Assembly: GCF_964355755.1 (NCBI RefSeq) | Contig: NC_092671.1 | Location: 40,863,304 to 40,927,303, forward strand | Origin: Antedon mediterranea | Taxonomy: Eukaryota; Animalia; Echinodermata | DNA length: 64,000 bases | Direction of reading: 5' to 3' | Program-made: the position numbers and the translations under genes | Shown: in pieces, positions 50,361-64,000 of the stretch | Position numbering within the stretch: the stretch's first letter is position 1 | Layout of the letters: every line of letters begins with the position of its first letter | The notes under the pieces: generated by a model | Told to the model about the DNA's origin: nothing | Database searches by the model: none | The model's input: the letters and a program-made list of their open reading frames with translations, nothing else

Positions 50361-50851
50361 TTTAATTGGTTCTACCAATTAAGTCAGCTGCTGTTGATTC
50401 CTTGTTTTAATGTACGCAGCCCTAACAACATACAGAAATTAAAAGAGTAAAATTAATGTTTAAAGTACTTCCTTTAATATGCACCATCCACAATGATGTC
50501 AACATTTGCAAAGTAAGTCCAAAACAAAGTAAAATCCCAGAAATATCCAATAGTAATAAAGTGTAAATAATAAACTGTAGAGCAGAGCTGGTAAAAGAAA
50601 AATAATGGCTCTTATGCACTTGCACAGACCTGTACCCTTGCACAGGCAAACAACAACTGAGCAGAACACAAGAAAATCAGGACAAAGGAAAACAAAGGAG
50701 AAACAGCACACTGTGCACACTTGGCAAATAATATGTAAATGAGAATGCAAATAAGAAATTAACAGAATAAATGAATATTCATAGGGCAGAACCTTCTAGA
50801 ATAATAGGAACTAAAGTAATATAAAATAAATACATGCACTCTGCAGTAACA
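50361..50851 (-). repeat. 3' LTR of BEL element
   Basis: Direct repeat of 60024-60518. Confidence 0.9.
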
Positions 50852-51258
50852 TTGCTCCCTCAAGGACGTAAAGTAATTACATTAACATTGAAATCCTTGT
50901 AAATTAAATATAAAAGTTCTTGTTGAAATATAACATAAGTTCTTCTCAACAAAAAAAGTTCATTGTTTACAAAATACTCAAAAGTTCTAATGCATATCCA
51001 AATAAAACGTTCATATGAAAATTAACAAATTTCTTGATTCCATTTTCTCAATACGCATCAAACGGTTGGCTGCCTGACTGGGATTGGACCACTTCAAGAA
51101 TCACTAGCCACTAACAAGATCAACTTGTGAATAGGTCGTTCGTAATGACCACTCTGATGACGAAGTTTGACCTTCCTTACGAGATCATCCTTGCTCTTCA
51201 TCACTTCCACAATTCGACCAAGCTTCCAATCATTGCGTGGTGCATTTTCATCCTTGAT

Positions 51259-51496
51259 TATTATACTGTAATTTTTTATCCTAAATTATATAATTATATA
51301 TTCTAGGTTATTTTTATTTTTTTAGTAATGTGTTTTGTTGTGGGTCCCTACGAGACAAGTTTTTAACTTCTAGAAGGGATCCATGATAATAATGACTACC
51401 AATTACTGCTTTATCTATGTTCACTTTAATATCTTTTTTCTATTTTGTATATATTCATTCATTATTATCTAAAAATAAATATTATCTGAACTTATC
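51259..51496 (+). mobile_element. Short 3' fragment of a CR1/L2-type LINE inserted in the BEL integrase C-terminus
   Basis: Splits BEL GDIVII|KDENAPRNDW; stem-loop gggtccct...aagtttttaactt...agggatcc; aataaa and (ATCTGA)-like tail. Confidence 0.65.
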
Positions 51497-52674
51497 TGAT
51501 GATAACTATGTCACCTATACAAAAATTCCTTCTAGAGACGTTCCACGTTTGTCTGGTTTGAAGAGTGCTGAGATACTTGTTACGCCACCGATGCCAAAAC
51601 TGATTGGCCATAAACTGGACCCGCCGCCATCTACTTCGGCAATATATATCACTTGCCTGGAATTCGCCTGGTGGTGGTAACAGAATATTTGACTTCATTG
51701 TCAATAAGTGATTCGGTGTGAGTGCTTCTGGAGCTGTAGGATATGAAAGATTGTTTACAGTTAAAGGACGTGAATTTACAATACTCTGTACCTCACACAA
51801 ATATGTGCGAAAAGTTTCGTCACACAGATGATCTCCACAGCTATTCAATAATGGTGTCAACGCACTGCGCACAGTCCTTATTTGACGCTCCCATATGACT
51901 TACTGAGGGAACATTAAGTATCCATCTGCATTGCCGGTCACGTAGAAAGTTTTGCACTTTAGAGAACTCGTTGATCGCCCCAACAAAATTTGTTCCCTGG
52001 TCTGATCGCATCTGGTACACAGGACCTCTTATGCTTAAGAAACGTCGTAAGGCGTTTATGAATGAATTTGTTTCTAGTGAGTTGACTGATTCAAGATGTA
52101 TAGCCCTAGACGCCATACAAGTAAATAATACACCATATCTCTTGACTCGACTCCTTCTCTCTTTGATAATAAATGGGCCAAATAAATCAACTCCACAATA
52201 TGTAAATGGAGGCGATTCCGACAGTCTATCAATAGGTAAGTCGGCCATTTTTTGGGCACCTAGTTGACCTCTGGATCGTCCACATGTCACACATTTTCGT
52301 AAGTATTGCGAGACAGCGGATACTGCGCCGATCAACCAGAAACCACATTGTCTTAGACTGTTTAACGTGGCACTTATGCCCATATGGTTTACTTTCTTGT
52401 GCAGGTGGTGATCAACAAGAAGAGTCATTAAAGGTGAGTATTTTGGTATGATTATAGAATGTTTTATTTCCATAGGCATAGGTGAATAATGTTTTTTTGC
52501 TGCAGTCATTAATCTTGTCTTAACTTAAGGTTTAAAAGTCGAGCAATCACTATCTTTACCATTTTCCATTTGGAGAACTTCTTAATTTTCTACCAATCAC
52601 ATCATTCTGACTTGTAATTACAGCTGTGACAGCAAACGAGCGTTTAAATTCTGAGGAAACAAGTTTTGTTGCTT

Positions 52675-54650
52675 ATATTGAAAATATTCTTTTTTCCAAA
52701 TCAATAATTAGTAAAAACTAACCTTGACAGTTTCGGACAGCTTCAGAAATAATGACGATCTATCATCGAACAGACTGACCTCTAGAGGGCCTATTCTGTT
52801 TAATGACCGGTTCATACACGTGACTGAGTTGGTGGGTGCCCTCGTCTCTGTTGATGATTTTGGTTTCCTCGTCTGCGGATCCAGATGGCTTCTCTGATGC
52901 GTCGGTTGTTTGTATCTGGTTCCCTGTCGATGATTTTAGGTTGTGTCCAGTCTATTATGTGATTTAACTTGACGGCATGATCTGCTATAGCTGATTTGCT
53001 CAGTTCATTTTTTGATTCTCTATGTGATTGACGAGTGAAGTTCTTTCTCTGTTGGGTTATCTTTTCTGTTTCTTTTCTATGTTCTTTTAACCTTGTGCCA
53101 AAACAACGACCCGTTTCTCCAATGTAGGTGTGATCACAATTAGAACATGAGATTTCGTAGACGCAATTAGCCACTTTCAATTTGTCAACTTGGTCTTTTG
53201 GGTGGACAAGTAGTTGGCGTAATGAAGTGTGGGGTTTCATAGCTGTGTTGATGCCAAACTCCTTAAACACTTTGCTAACTCGCTCCGAAAGTCCTGCTAC
53301 ATAAGGGACGACTACAAATCCTTTGATTTCCGTGGTGTTTTCTTTCTTCTTGGATGTTACTTTTTTATTTTCTTTCATTTTTTTCTTTACTTGGTTGAAT
53401 GACCACTTAGGATAGCCACATCTGGAAAGGGCTGATGTTATATTGGCCTCTTCTGTATTACGATCTGCATCCCTAGTGACAATGGAATTCATACGGTCAA
53501 ATAGTGTTCTGATTATTCCCAGTTTTTGATGATGTACAGGAGGATGGTGAGAATCAAAATGTAGGTACTGGTCCGTATGTGTCGGTTTTCTATATACTAA
53601 AAGTTTGACAGATCCATCTGGTTTTCTAATGATGAGAGAATCGAGGAAAGGGATCTTGTTTTCATATTCTTTCTCATAGGTGAACTTTATGGTGCCAGCT
53701 GGGTCAGATGAATTGAGATGTTGTGTGAGATTTTCAACTTGGTCTTGTTTAACAATTTCAAGAACGTTATCCACGTAGCGTTTCCATAACCGAAGTTTAC
53801 ATTCTAAGGGTACTGACGCTATAGCTTTCTGTTCTAGAAATTCTAAATACAGGTTCGCTACAATGGGAGAGACTGGGCTCCCCATGGCTGCCCCAAATAT
53901 TTGTTGGTAAATAATCCCTCGGAATGTAAAATAGGTGGTAGTTAGGACGAACTTTAATAACTCCATGATGTCATCTATGTCCAATAGTGTTCTGTTTTTA
54001 AGGTCATTATACTCTTGTAGTCGAGATGTTACGACGGTCAGGGAATCTTCTATTGGAATGTTGGTAAACAGAGAAACAACATCATGGGAATTGAAAATTT
54101 CATCCTCCTCTATCATGACTTCCGTAAGTTCTTGAGCTAAATGTTTTGAGTTGTTATTGTGATGTTGTGTGCTTCCTACTAAGGGGGAGAGAATATCAGC
54201 AACGGCTTTAGCGGTTTCATATGCTATGGATCCTGTATAGTCCACAATAGGTCTAACTTTTTTACCTTCTTTGTGTATCTTAGGTGTAGCGTAAATACGA
54301 GGGATGTTTTCTACCGTAGGAAATAGCAAGTAATACTGTCTGTTATTGATCTTATGCTGCTTTTTTAACCTAGTAAGAATGGATACCAACTCACTTTTAT
54401 ACCGGCGGGTAAGATCCTTTTTTAAAACTTCATAGGTTCTTTCATCTGCAAGCATCGTTTTTACAATCTGCTCATATTCTTCTTTATCCATTATGACAGT
54501 GGCCTTTCCTTTATCGGCTGGTAAAATAAGAATAGAATCTTCTTTTTTAAGTTGAACAATGGCTTTGCGTTCTTCCTTCGTGATGTTAGGCTTCGGTGTT
54601 TTAGCACTACGGAGAATGTTAGCCATACAAACCAGATGAACATTTTCAAT
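52675..54650 (-). mobile_element. 5'-truncated Penelope-like element (RT + GIY-YIG endonuclease) nested in BEL, 15-bp TSD
   Basis: ORF 52812-~54625 with PADKG, PKIHK, RPIV, DVVSLFTNIP, GAAMGSPVSP, RYVDN, FLD, VYRKPT, YIGETGR, LKEH; TSD caagttttgttgctt at 52660-52674 and 54651-54665; degenerate hammerhead near 52725-52750. Confidence 0.92.
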
Positions 54651-55336
54651 CAAGTTTTGTTGCTTCCTTGTCAACGGCATTTTGTCTCAAACATTTTAAT
54701 TCACCATCCTGCCTCAGAAAATCCGGTCCACCGATCCACTTTGAAGTTGTGAGTAATTTGAGAGTTGTCAGCCCTCGGCTTGCCTCATCACTTGGGTTAT
54801 CTAAAGAATTGATGTAGTGCCAATCATCAACATTAGTTTGGTCATGAATTTGTTGCACTCGATTACCAACAAACATTTGATACCGTGTAGCTACATTCTC
54901 TATGTAACCTAGTACAACTTTACTATCGGTCCAAAAGTAATTCTATTATTGGTACTTTAATATCCATCTCATTCTTCAGGATATGACTGACTAGAGCTGA
55001 TACCGCTGCTGCATTCAGCTCAATGCGAGGTATCGTAATCTTCTTATTAGCAGGAGTTACCCTGGCCTTGCCAAGCAAAAAGGAGACAACTGCTGCCTTC
55101 CCATCTCCATCAATTAATCGCAAGTACGAGCATTGACCGTACGCAGCTTCACTTGCATCTGAAAAATGATGAAATTCTGCGGTCACTGCTTTAAAATTGA
55201 TTGGTTTATAACAACGTGGTATGCTTAGTGTATTTAAGTTCTGTATGTCTTCGCACCATCTCTCCTATTTGCTCTGCTCGTCGGGACCCAAAGGATCGTC
55301 CCAATCAAGATTCTGTGCACAGACACTTTGCAGAAT

Positions 55337-55760
<424 letters not shown>

Positions 55761-57513
55761 CATCTCTGCAACAATGAGGACAGGAGCGATAAATCCTAAC
55801 GGATCGTAAATGGAGCATACGGTCTTGAGAACATTTCGTCTGGTAGGGAGATAATTTAGTTGCACCCTAAATTTGAACTCATCACTTTCGATGCACCACG
55901 ATACGCCTAGCACTCTTTCATTAGGTAGAGTGTCAGACTTTACATTGATGTTATATAATGACTTGCCTCGTTGTCCTTCTGGAATACAGCTGAGAACTTT
56001 CCTATCATTTGAGATCCATTTATGCAGTCTCAAACCGGCTTTAGCACATATACCTGTACTATTTTGTATTAAGCTTATTGCTTCATCAGCTGTAGACAGG
56101 GACCATCATCGACGTAGAAGTCATTCTTTATGAAGTTTGCTTCTTCTTTTCCATAACATTTTTCGCCATCTTCAGCTGCTCTCTTCAAACCAAAATTAGA
56201 GCAACCTGGTGAGCTAGTTGCTCCGAACAGATGAACCATCATTCTATATTCAATTACTTCATTGTTTGGATTATTGTCTTTAAACCACAGGAACCGCAGA
56301 AGTTCTCTATCCGCATTAGCAAAAAAGAATTGATGAAACATCCCCTTGATGTCAGCCATTATTGCGACGTTCTCCTGTCTAAACCTCAGCAAAATTCCAA
56401 GTAGACTGTTAATTTGGTTCGGACCGGGCAACAAACGTTCATTCAATGATGTACCTTGATACATGGCAGAACAATCAAATACCACTCGTATTTGACCAGG
56501 TTTTTTTGGGTGATATATTCCCGTGTGTGGTACATAGTTTATTCTTCCGATAACAGGCTTTGTGTCTTTAGGAACTTCTTCCACTACATCCGTCAGTACA
56601 TCCTTCATGAAACCAAAATAATCTCTCATGAACTCTGGTTGCTTTGTAAATCGTTTCCTCAGACCGTTGAATCGTTTAACAGCCAATGGTTTATTATCAG
56701 GAATATTTACATTTGGTGAACGGAGTGGTAATGGCATCTCGTAATTTCCGTCACTTCTCTGACGAATATTATCAGTTAGGATGTTGAGAAACCTCTTTCG
56801 TCAACTGACATGGAAACGCCAACACCTCTATCTGGAAAATCAACTTTCATCATTTTTTTAATGTGAATTGGTGATATTATTTCTTTGTGTAGGAGACCAA
56901 ACGAAGAGACGTAACATCCTCCGGTTTACAAATGGTGCCAATTATTCCCCAGCCAAGTATAGATTGTTGAGCATATGGATGGTTTTCTTCACCAGCAATA
57001 ATGTTCCGAGGTCGTAGTACACAGGGCACATTATTTCCTATCAACAAAGCAACTGGAACATCTTGCATATGAGGAACAATTTTATCAGCAATTTGTTTTA
57101 GGTGATCCCACTTGCTCGCTACCTCTGGTGTCGGTATCTGTGACCTTTTAGCTGGTATGCTGTCTCTCGTGTAGACGGCTGGTAGAGGTATTACTTCTTT
57201 CCTGTCAAAGCTTACTATTTCAAGATCAGCTACCCTCATACAATCTATTAAGGAACATGAAGCATGCATGGTAGAAAGTTTAAGTTGTGCGGGATGAGAT
57301 TTCACACCCAGTTTACCAACCATATCTTCTTTAATAAAGCAGGTATTGCTTTGTGAGTCTAAGATACAGTAAACCAGTCTTTCGGATATACTACCTCTAC
57401 CTCTAACCCACACCGGTAAAATCATAGAGTTATCATTGCATACGGTTTCATCTCCGCATACGGTTTCATCTCTGCATACCACAGTGCATTTGCCATCCAC
57501 ACTCGCTAGCTTG

Positions 57514-59946
57514 TCAAAGTGAAGACAGGATAATTATATGTCCTTTGCTATTACAGTGATGGCATTTCACCTCAGTCTTGCAGTGCGCTGCAAAATGACC
57601 ACCAGTACCACACTTGAAGCATAATTTTAATGCAAAGATAAATTTCTTCTTTGTATGCACTGGCTGAACTTTAAAGGAATCACATTTGTCTAATGAATGC
57701 GAGGACTTACAAAAGGGACATGTAGTAGGTGCCTCACTCTTCTTTTGGTCTGTTTTGATGTTCTCAGTTTCCGTCGGTACATCTGTCTTCAAAGTCAAAT
57801 GGCTGGATTTTCTCTCTTTGTGGTCTTCCTTTGCATAACGAGAAGAATCCTTCATCTGTCTCGTAGTTTCCAGCATAGGAAGATTAGCTTCTTCTGCCTT
57901 ATTTGTCAAAAAGACAGCAAATTGCGCAAAGGATGGACATATTTGATTCTTTTGACATGAAGCCCCTATCCCTCTCCATTTGGTCTCAATGTAAATTGGC
58001 AACTTATTAAGAATCTTAACATTCTCCGCAGAATAGTTAAGTATGCCTAAATCTGGGATTGTTGACTGAGCAGTTACAATTTCATTGATGTAGTCAGAAA
58101 AGTCGCGTAACCCTACGTGATCTCTTCCATTAATCTCGGGCCAGGAATCCAACTTCTTCAGGAACGCCTGTGCTAAAACGGAGCTGTGACCATATCTATT
58201 GCGCAACTCTTGCCTAGCCTTCAAGTACGCATTTTCTGTTCCAAGTAACAAGTAGTTCTCCACCAAACTTTTTGGTTTACCATCCAGATGTTGTCTCAGC
58301 AGATACAATTTTCCATTAACTGAAACCGCCTTACATTCTATCAGGGAAGAGAATGCTGCTTCCCACGTAAGAAACTTCAGTGGGTTTCCATCAAATTTCT
58401 CCACTACAACAGGCGGTAGCTTAAATGAATCGGTAAGTTGACGTAAAATGTTAGTGTCATAAATGGATACTTGATCTGGTCGCACATCAACTGCAGGCCC
58501 ACCTACAGTAGACGACTGAATAGATACTACAGGTACACTCTTAGAGGATGATATAGAATTTGTGTTAATTGATGAAGTATACATATGTGTCGAAGGTGTA
58601 CTGCCAGATGACATACACACCGGAACAGGAAGGTAAGTCATTGGTACATTCACTGGTGCTGCACTAAATGGCACGTAAGTACTAGGTACTTCTGACGACG
58701 CACACATTGGAACGTAATTTGACGTGGGCTGTATACTCACTGATGCTGTACAAACTGGTAAGTAATTCACAGGTACACCAACTGACGACGCACTAGTAGC
58801 GTAAGTTGATGTCGCACACACAGGCACGTAGGTAGAGGTGTAAACTGGAACGTACAGTGATGGTACATCAGTATAAATTGAAGTTGCAGGAACTGTGTAC
58901 GTCTGAGAAGCTGTAGAATTAATATTGAAATTAGTTGCAGGCATTGCATTTAGAAGCACTAATATTTGGGACCCTGGTAACAGTAGTGTTGCGTACATCT
59001 GCAAATGATAATGGTTGGTTAATGTTAGTGGAAATAATATGGGTGGAAGTGATATTGCCGACTTTGCAATATAAGTAGAAGTGGCAGAGGTACGTACAGT
59101 CACACTCGTGGTTGTAGATACATTTGAGGAAGGAATAGTAAATTGAGCTGATTCTGAAACAGATTTAGATCTTGCCCCAACTGCCGTTGGTTCACCAACC
59201 GCTTTCGGTAGATCATCAAGGAATTTCTGCAACCCAAGAGGAATGTAATCATCATCATCGCCACTTAGCAATGCCTGTGAGTCATCACTCACTACATCTT
59301 CCTCACGCAAGACATCTATTCTAGCTTCCATCTTTGCTAACTCCTTCTGTTGCTCAATCAAAGTAGTCTCAAACTCAATTTCTAACATCTTCTCCTCCAT
59401 CTTAAATTTATGTTCTGCCGCTTCATGTTCAACCTTAAGTTTATGTTCCTTAAGTTTGTGTTCCATTCCACTAAATTCTAATTCAGCTTTCAATTCTGCC
59501 CTTTTGGCTTCTTCGAGAACTCTTAAGTGTTCCCTTTTTGCACTTGACGAAAATCTCCGGGAAGTAGAAGAAGCATTAGATGAATGTTTCGACTTCCGAA
59601 ACGAATGTCTTGATGAATGAGAGTGATGTGAAGAATGTTGTGTTGAGTGCCTAGAGGAATTACTTTTCACTGAACGACATGGTTTCACACTAGCTTGTAC
59701 ATTACCAGATGTATCTACACCTAGATTCTCAGCTTCGGCAACTTGACCTCGTCGATGCAGATCTTTTGTCACTTCATTATGCGACGACTGCAACATATTA
59801 GTGTATTCTTCTCTTTCAACAACATTCAAAAGTGGACAGAGCTCTGAGTATACTTCACGCAGTATTATCTTCTGGTCTACCATGTCACTTATGATACCCT
59901 CATTTGGTTCTACGGCATCACTCACAGCGTCTATAAGTCTGTGCAA
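57514..59946 (-). pseudogene. BEL gag region (coiled coil, S/T/P/V-rich linker, DUF1759-like capsid, zinc knuckles)
   Basis: 810-aa ORF with EKFDGNPLKFLTWEAAF, CPFCKSSHSLDKC, CFKCGTGGHFAAHC, CHHCNSKGH; no in-frame ATG at its start, frameshifted downstream. Confidence 0.85.
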
Positions 59947-60023
59947 CCGCTTCCTTTCACTAGTAAAGGCCCTAATCTTCTCTTTTCTCCATAATTATTA
60001 CTATATAATTATTTTTCTTTTAC

Positions 60024-60518
60024 TTAATTGGATCTACCAATTAGGTCAGCTGCTGTTGATTCCTTGTTTTAATGTACGCAGCTCTCACAACATACAGAAA
60101 TTAAAAGAGTGAAATTAATGTTTAAAGTACTTCCTTTAATATGCACCATCCACAATGATGTCAACATTTGCAAAGTAATTCCAAAAAAAAGTAAAATCCC
60201 AGAAATATCCAATAGTAATAAAGTGTAAATAATAAACTGTAGAGCTAGAGCTGGTAAAAGAAAAATAATTGCTGCTTATGCACTTGCACAGACCTGTACC
60301 CTTGCACAGGCAAACAACAACTGAGCAGAACACAAGAAAATCAGGACAAAGGAAAACAAAGGAGAAACAGCACACTGTGCACACTGGGCAAATAATATGT
60401 AAATGAGAATGCAAATAAGAAAGTAATAACAGAATAAATGAATATTCATAGGGCAGAACCTTCTAGAATAATAGGAACTAAAGTAATATAAAATAAATAC
60501 ATGCACTCTGCAGTAACA
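60024..60518 (-). repeat. 5' LTR of BEL element
   Basis: Direct repeat of 50361-50851. Confidence 0.9.
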
Positions 60519-60733
60519 GAAACTATTCGGAGCTACTCGATACTACAAGGAACTACTAGGAACTACTCGGAACTACTGGGAACTAATCGTAACTTCTCGG
60601 AAATTATCGGAAAATCTCTGAACTTCTCGGAACTATTTGTAACTTCTTGGAACTACTCACAACTACTCGGGACTACTCGGAACTACTCGGAACTACTCGG
60701 AACTACTCGAAACTACTCGAAACTACTCGGAAC
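60519..60733 (+). repeat. (GGAACTACTC)n satellite, block 3, abutting the telomere
   Basis: Same unit; ends ggaac|tagggttaggg. Confidence 0.95.
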
Positions 60734-63700
60734 TAGGGTTAGGGTTAGGGTTAGGGTTAGGGTTAGGGGGTTAGGGTTAGGGTTAGGGGTTAGGGGTTAG
60801 GGTTAGGGTTAGGGTTAGGGGTTAGGGTTAGGGTTAGGGTTAGGGTTAGGGGTTAGGGTTAGGGTTAGGGTTAGGGTTAGGGTTAGGGTTAGGGGTTAGG
60901 GTTAGGGTTAGGGTTAGGGTTAGGGGTTAGGGGTTAGGGTTAGGGTTAGGGTTAGGGTTAGGGTTAGGGTTAGGGTTAGGGTTAGGGTTAGGGTTAGGGG
61001 TTAGGGTTAGGGTTAGGGTTAGGGTTAGGGTTAGGGTTAGGGTTAGGGTTAGGGTTAGGGTTAGGGTTAGGGTTAGGGTTAGGGTTAGGGTTAGGGTTAG
61101 GGTTAGGGTTAGGGTTAGGGTTAGGGTTAGGGTTAGGGTTAGGGTTAGGGTTAGGGTTAGGGTTAGGGGTTAGGGTTAGGGTTAGGGTTAGGGTTAGGGT
61201 TAGGGTTAGGGGTTAGGGTTAGGGTTAGGGTTAGGGTTAGGGTTAGGGTTAGGGTTAGGGTTAGGGTTAGGGTTAGGGTTAGGGTTAGGGTTAGGGTTAG
61301 GGTTAGGGTTAGGGTTAGGGTTAGGGTTAGGGTTAGGGTTAGGGTTAGGGTTAGGGTTAGGGTTAGGGTTAGGGTTAGGGTTAGGGTTAGGGTTAGGGTT
61401 AGGGTTAGGGTTAGGGTTAGGGTTAGGGTTAGGGTTAGGGTTAGGGTTAGGGTTAGGGTTAGGGTTAGGGTTAGGGTTAGGGTTAGGGTTAGGGTTAGGG
61501 TTAGGGTTAGGGTTAGGGTTAGGGTTAGGGTTAGGGTTAGGGTTAGGGTTAGGGTTAGGGTTAGGGTTAGGGTTAGGGTTAGGGTTAGGGTTAGGGTTAG
61601 GGTTAGGGTTAGGGTTAGGGTTAGGGTTAGGGTTAGGGTTAGGGGGTTAGGGTTAGGGGTTAGGGTTAGGGTTAGGGTTAGGGGGGGTTAGGGTTAGGGT
61701 TAGGGTTAGGGTTAGGGGGTTAGGGGTTAGGGTTAGGGTTAGGGTTAGGGTTAGGGTTAGGGTTAGGGTTAGGGGTTAGGGTTAGGGTTAGGGTTAGGGT
61801 TAGGGTTAGGGTTAGGGTTAGGGTTAGGGGTTAGGGTTAGGGTTAGGGTTAGGGTTAGGGTTAGGGTTAGGGGTTAGGGTTAGGGGTTAGGGTTAGGGGT
61901 TAGGGTTAGGGTTAGGGTTAGGGTTAGGGTTAGGGTAGGGTTAGGGTTAGGGTTAGGGTTAGGGTTAGGGTTAGGGTTAGGGTTAGGGTTAGGGTTAGGG
62001 TTAGGGTTAGGGTTAGGGTTAGGGTTAGGGTTAGGGTTAGGGTTAGGGTTAGGGTTAGGGTTAGGGTTAGGGTTAGGGTTAGGGTTAGGGTTAGGGTTAG
62101 GGTTAGGGTTAGGGTTAGGGTTAGGGTTAGGGTTAGGGTTAGGGTTAGGGTTAGGGTTAGGGTTAGGGTTAGGGTTAGGGTTAGGGTTAGGGTTAGGGTT
62201 AGGGTTAGGGTTAGGGGTTAGGGTTAGGGTTAGGGGTTAGGGTTAGGGTTAGGGTTAGGGTTAGGGTTAGGGTTAGGGTTAGGGTTAGGGGGTTAGGGTT
62301 AGGGTTAGGGGTTAGGGTTAGGGTTAGGGGTTAGGGGTTAGGGGTTAGGGGTTAGGGTTAGGGTTAGGGTTAGGGTTAGGGTTAGGGTTAGGGTTAGGGT
62401 TAGGGTTAGGGTTAGGGTTAGGGTTAGGGTTAGGGTTAGGGTTAGGGTTAGGGTTAGGGTTAGGGTTAGGGTTAGGGTTAGGGTTAGGGTTAGGGTTAGG
62501 GTTAGGGTTAGGGTTAGGGTTAGGGTTAGGGTTAGGGTTAGGGTTAGGGTTAGGGTTAGGGGTTAGGGTTAGGGTTAGGGTTAGGGTTAGGGTTAGGGTT
62601 AGGGTTAGGGTTAGGGTTAGGGTTAGGGTTAGGGTTAGGGTTAGGGTTAGGGTTAGGGTTAGGGTTAGGGTTAGGGTTAGGGTTAGGGTTAGGGTTAGGG
62701 TTAGGGTTAGGGGTTAGGGTTAGGGTTAGGGTTAGGGTTAGGGTTAGGGTTAGGGTTAGGGTTAGGGTTAGGGTTAGGGTTAGGGTTAGGGTTAGGGTTA
62801 GGGTTAGGGTTAGGGTTAGGGTTAGGGTTAGGGTTAGGGTTAGGGTTAGGGTTAGGGTTAGGGTTAGGGTTAGGGTTAGGGTTAGGGTTAGGGTTAGGGT
62901 TAGGGTTAGGGTTAGGGTTAGGGTTAGGGTTAGGGTTAGGGTTAGGGTTAGGGTTAGGGTTAGGGTTAGGGTTAGGGTTAGGGTTAGGGTTAGGGTTAGG
63001 GTTAGGGTTAGGGTTAGGGTTAGGGTTAGGGTTAGGGTTAGGGTTAGGGTTAGGGTTAGGGTTAGGGTTAGGGTTAGGGTTAGGGGTTAGGGTTAGGGTT
63101 AGGGTTAGGGTTAGGGTTAGGGTTAGGGTTAGGGTTAGGGTTAGGGTTAGGGTTAGGGTTAGGGTTAGGGTTAGGGTTAGGGTTAGGGTTAGGGTTAGGG
63201 TTAGGGTTAGGGTTAGGGTTAGGGTTAGGGTTAGGGTTAGGGTTAGGGTTAGGGTTAGGGTTAGGGTTAGGGTTAGGGTTAGGGTTAGGGTTAGGGTTAG
63301 GGTTAGGGTTAGGGTTAGGGTTAGGGTTAGGGTTAGGGTTAGGGTTAGGGTTAGGGTTAGGGTTAGGGTTAGGGTTAGGGTTAGGGTTAGGGTTAGGGTT
63401 AGGGTTAGGGTTAGGGTTAGGGTTAGGGTTAGGGTTAGGGTTAGGGTTAGGGTTAGGGTTAGGGTTAGGGTTAGGGTTAGGGTTAGGGGTTAGGGTTAGG
63501 GTTAGGGTTAGGGTTAGGGTTAGGGTTAGGGTTAGGGTTAGGGTTAGGGTTAGGGGTTAGGGTTAGGGTTAGGGTTAGGGTTAGGGTTAGGGTTAGGGGT
63601 TAGGGTTAGGGTTAGGGTTAGGGTTAGGGTTAGGGTTAGGGTTAGGGTTAGGGTTAGGGTTAGGGTTAGGGTTAGGGTTAGGGTTAGGGTTAGGGTTAGG

Positions 63701-64000
63701 GTTAGGGGTTAGGGTTAGGGTTAGGGTTAGGGTTAGGGTTAGGGTTAGGGTTAGGGTTAGGGTTAGGGTTAGGGTTAGGGTTAGGGTTAGGGTTGGGTTA
63801 GGGTTAGGGTTAGGGTTAGGGTTAGGGGTTAGGGGTTAGGGTTAGGGTTAGGGTTAGGGGTTAGGGTTAGGGTTAGGGGTTAGGGGTTAGGGTTAGGGGT
63901 GGGGTTAGGGTTAGGGTTAGGGAGGTGAGGGGTTAGGGTTAGGGTTAGGGTTAGGGTTAGGGTTAGGGTTAGGGTTAGGGGTTAGGGTTAGGGGGGTTAT
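60734..64000 (+). repeat. Telomeric (TTAGGG)n array, ~3.27 kb, chromosome end
   Basis: Continuous TTAGGG with occasional extra-G variants, G-rich strand running to the window end. Confidence 0.99.

Noticed and set aside
52812-54680. 622-aa ORF as an intact telomerase-like or host gene
   Set aside because: Its N-terminus is chimeric (BEL sequence plus inverted tail), it carries a GIY-YIG domain, and the catalytic motif is YVDN; it is a truncated Penelope-like element
60734-64000. TTAGGGG and longer-G variants as a distinct telomere motif
   Set aside because: Sporadic homopolymer-length changes, compatible with long-read error or ordinary slippage

Overview
Right-hand end of an AT-rich animal (probably invertebrate) chromosome. 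Three spliced + strand genes lie in order: the 3' part of axonemal dynein heavy chain DNAH1 (1-16054), a CREB3L1/2 (CrebA-like) membrane-anchored bZIP gene (17874-31467), and PP2D1, a PP2C-like gene (36134-38664). They are followed by about 21.7 kb of subtelomere built from a 10-bp satellite (GGAACTACTC)n and then a (TTAGGG)n telomere from 60734 to the window end. The satellite hosts a decayed CR1/L2-group LINE carrying two Helentron-type (HINE/DINE-like) inserts, and a decayed BEL/Pao LTR element carrying a Penelope-like element and two short retro-inserts. Less obvious structure read from the sequence: four hammerhead ribozyme motifs in introns, two of them in a TSD-flanked mini-Penelope cassette with telomeric repeats between the copies; tandem amplifications spanning four DNAH1 exon/intron junctions; three tiny CATGG-type palindromes with 7-bp TSDs that resemble P-element excision footprints; and a nested set of DNA transposons in the last DNAH1 intron. 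Gene and family names come from recognised motifs, not database searches.
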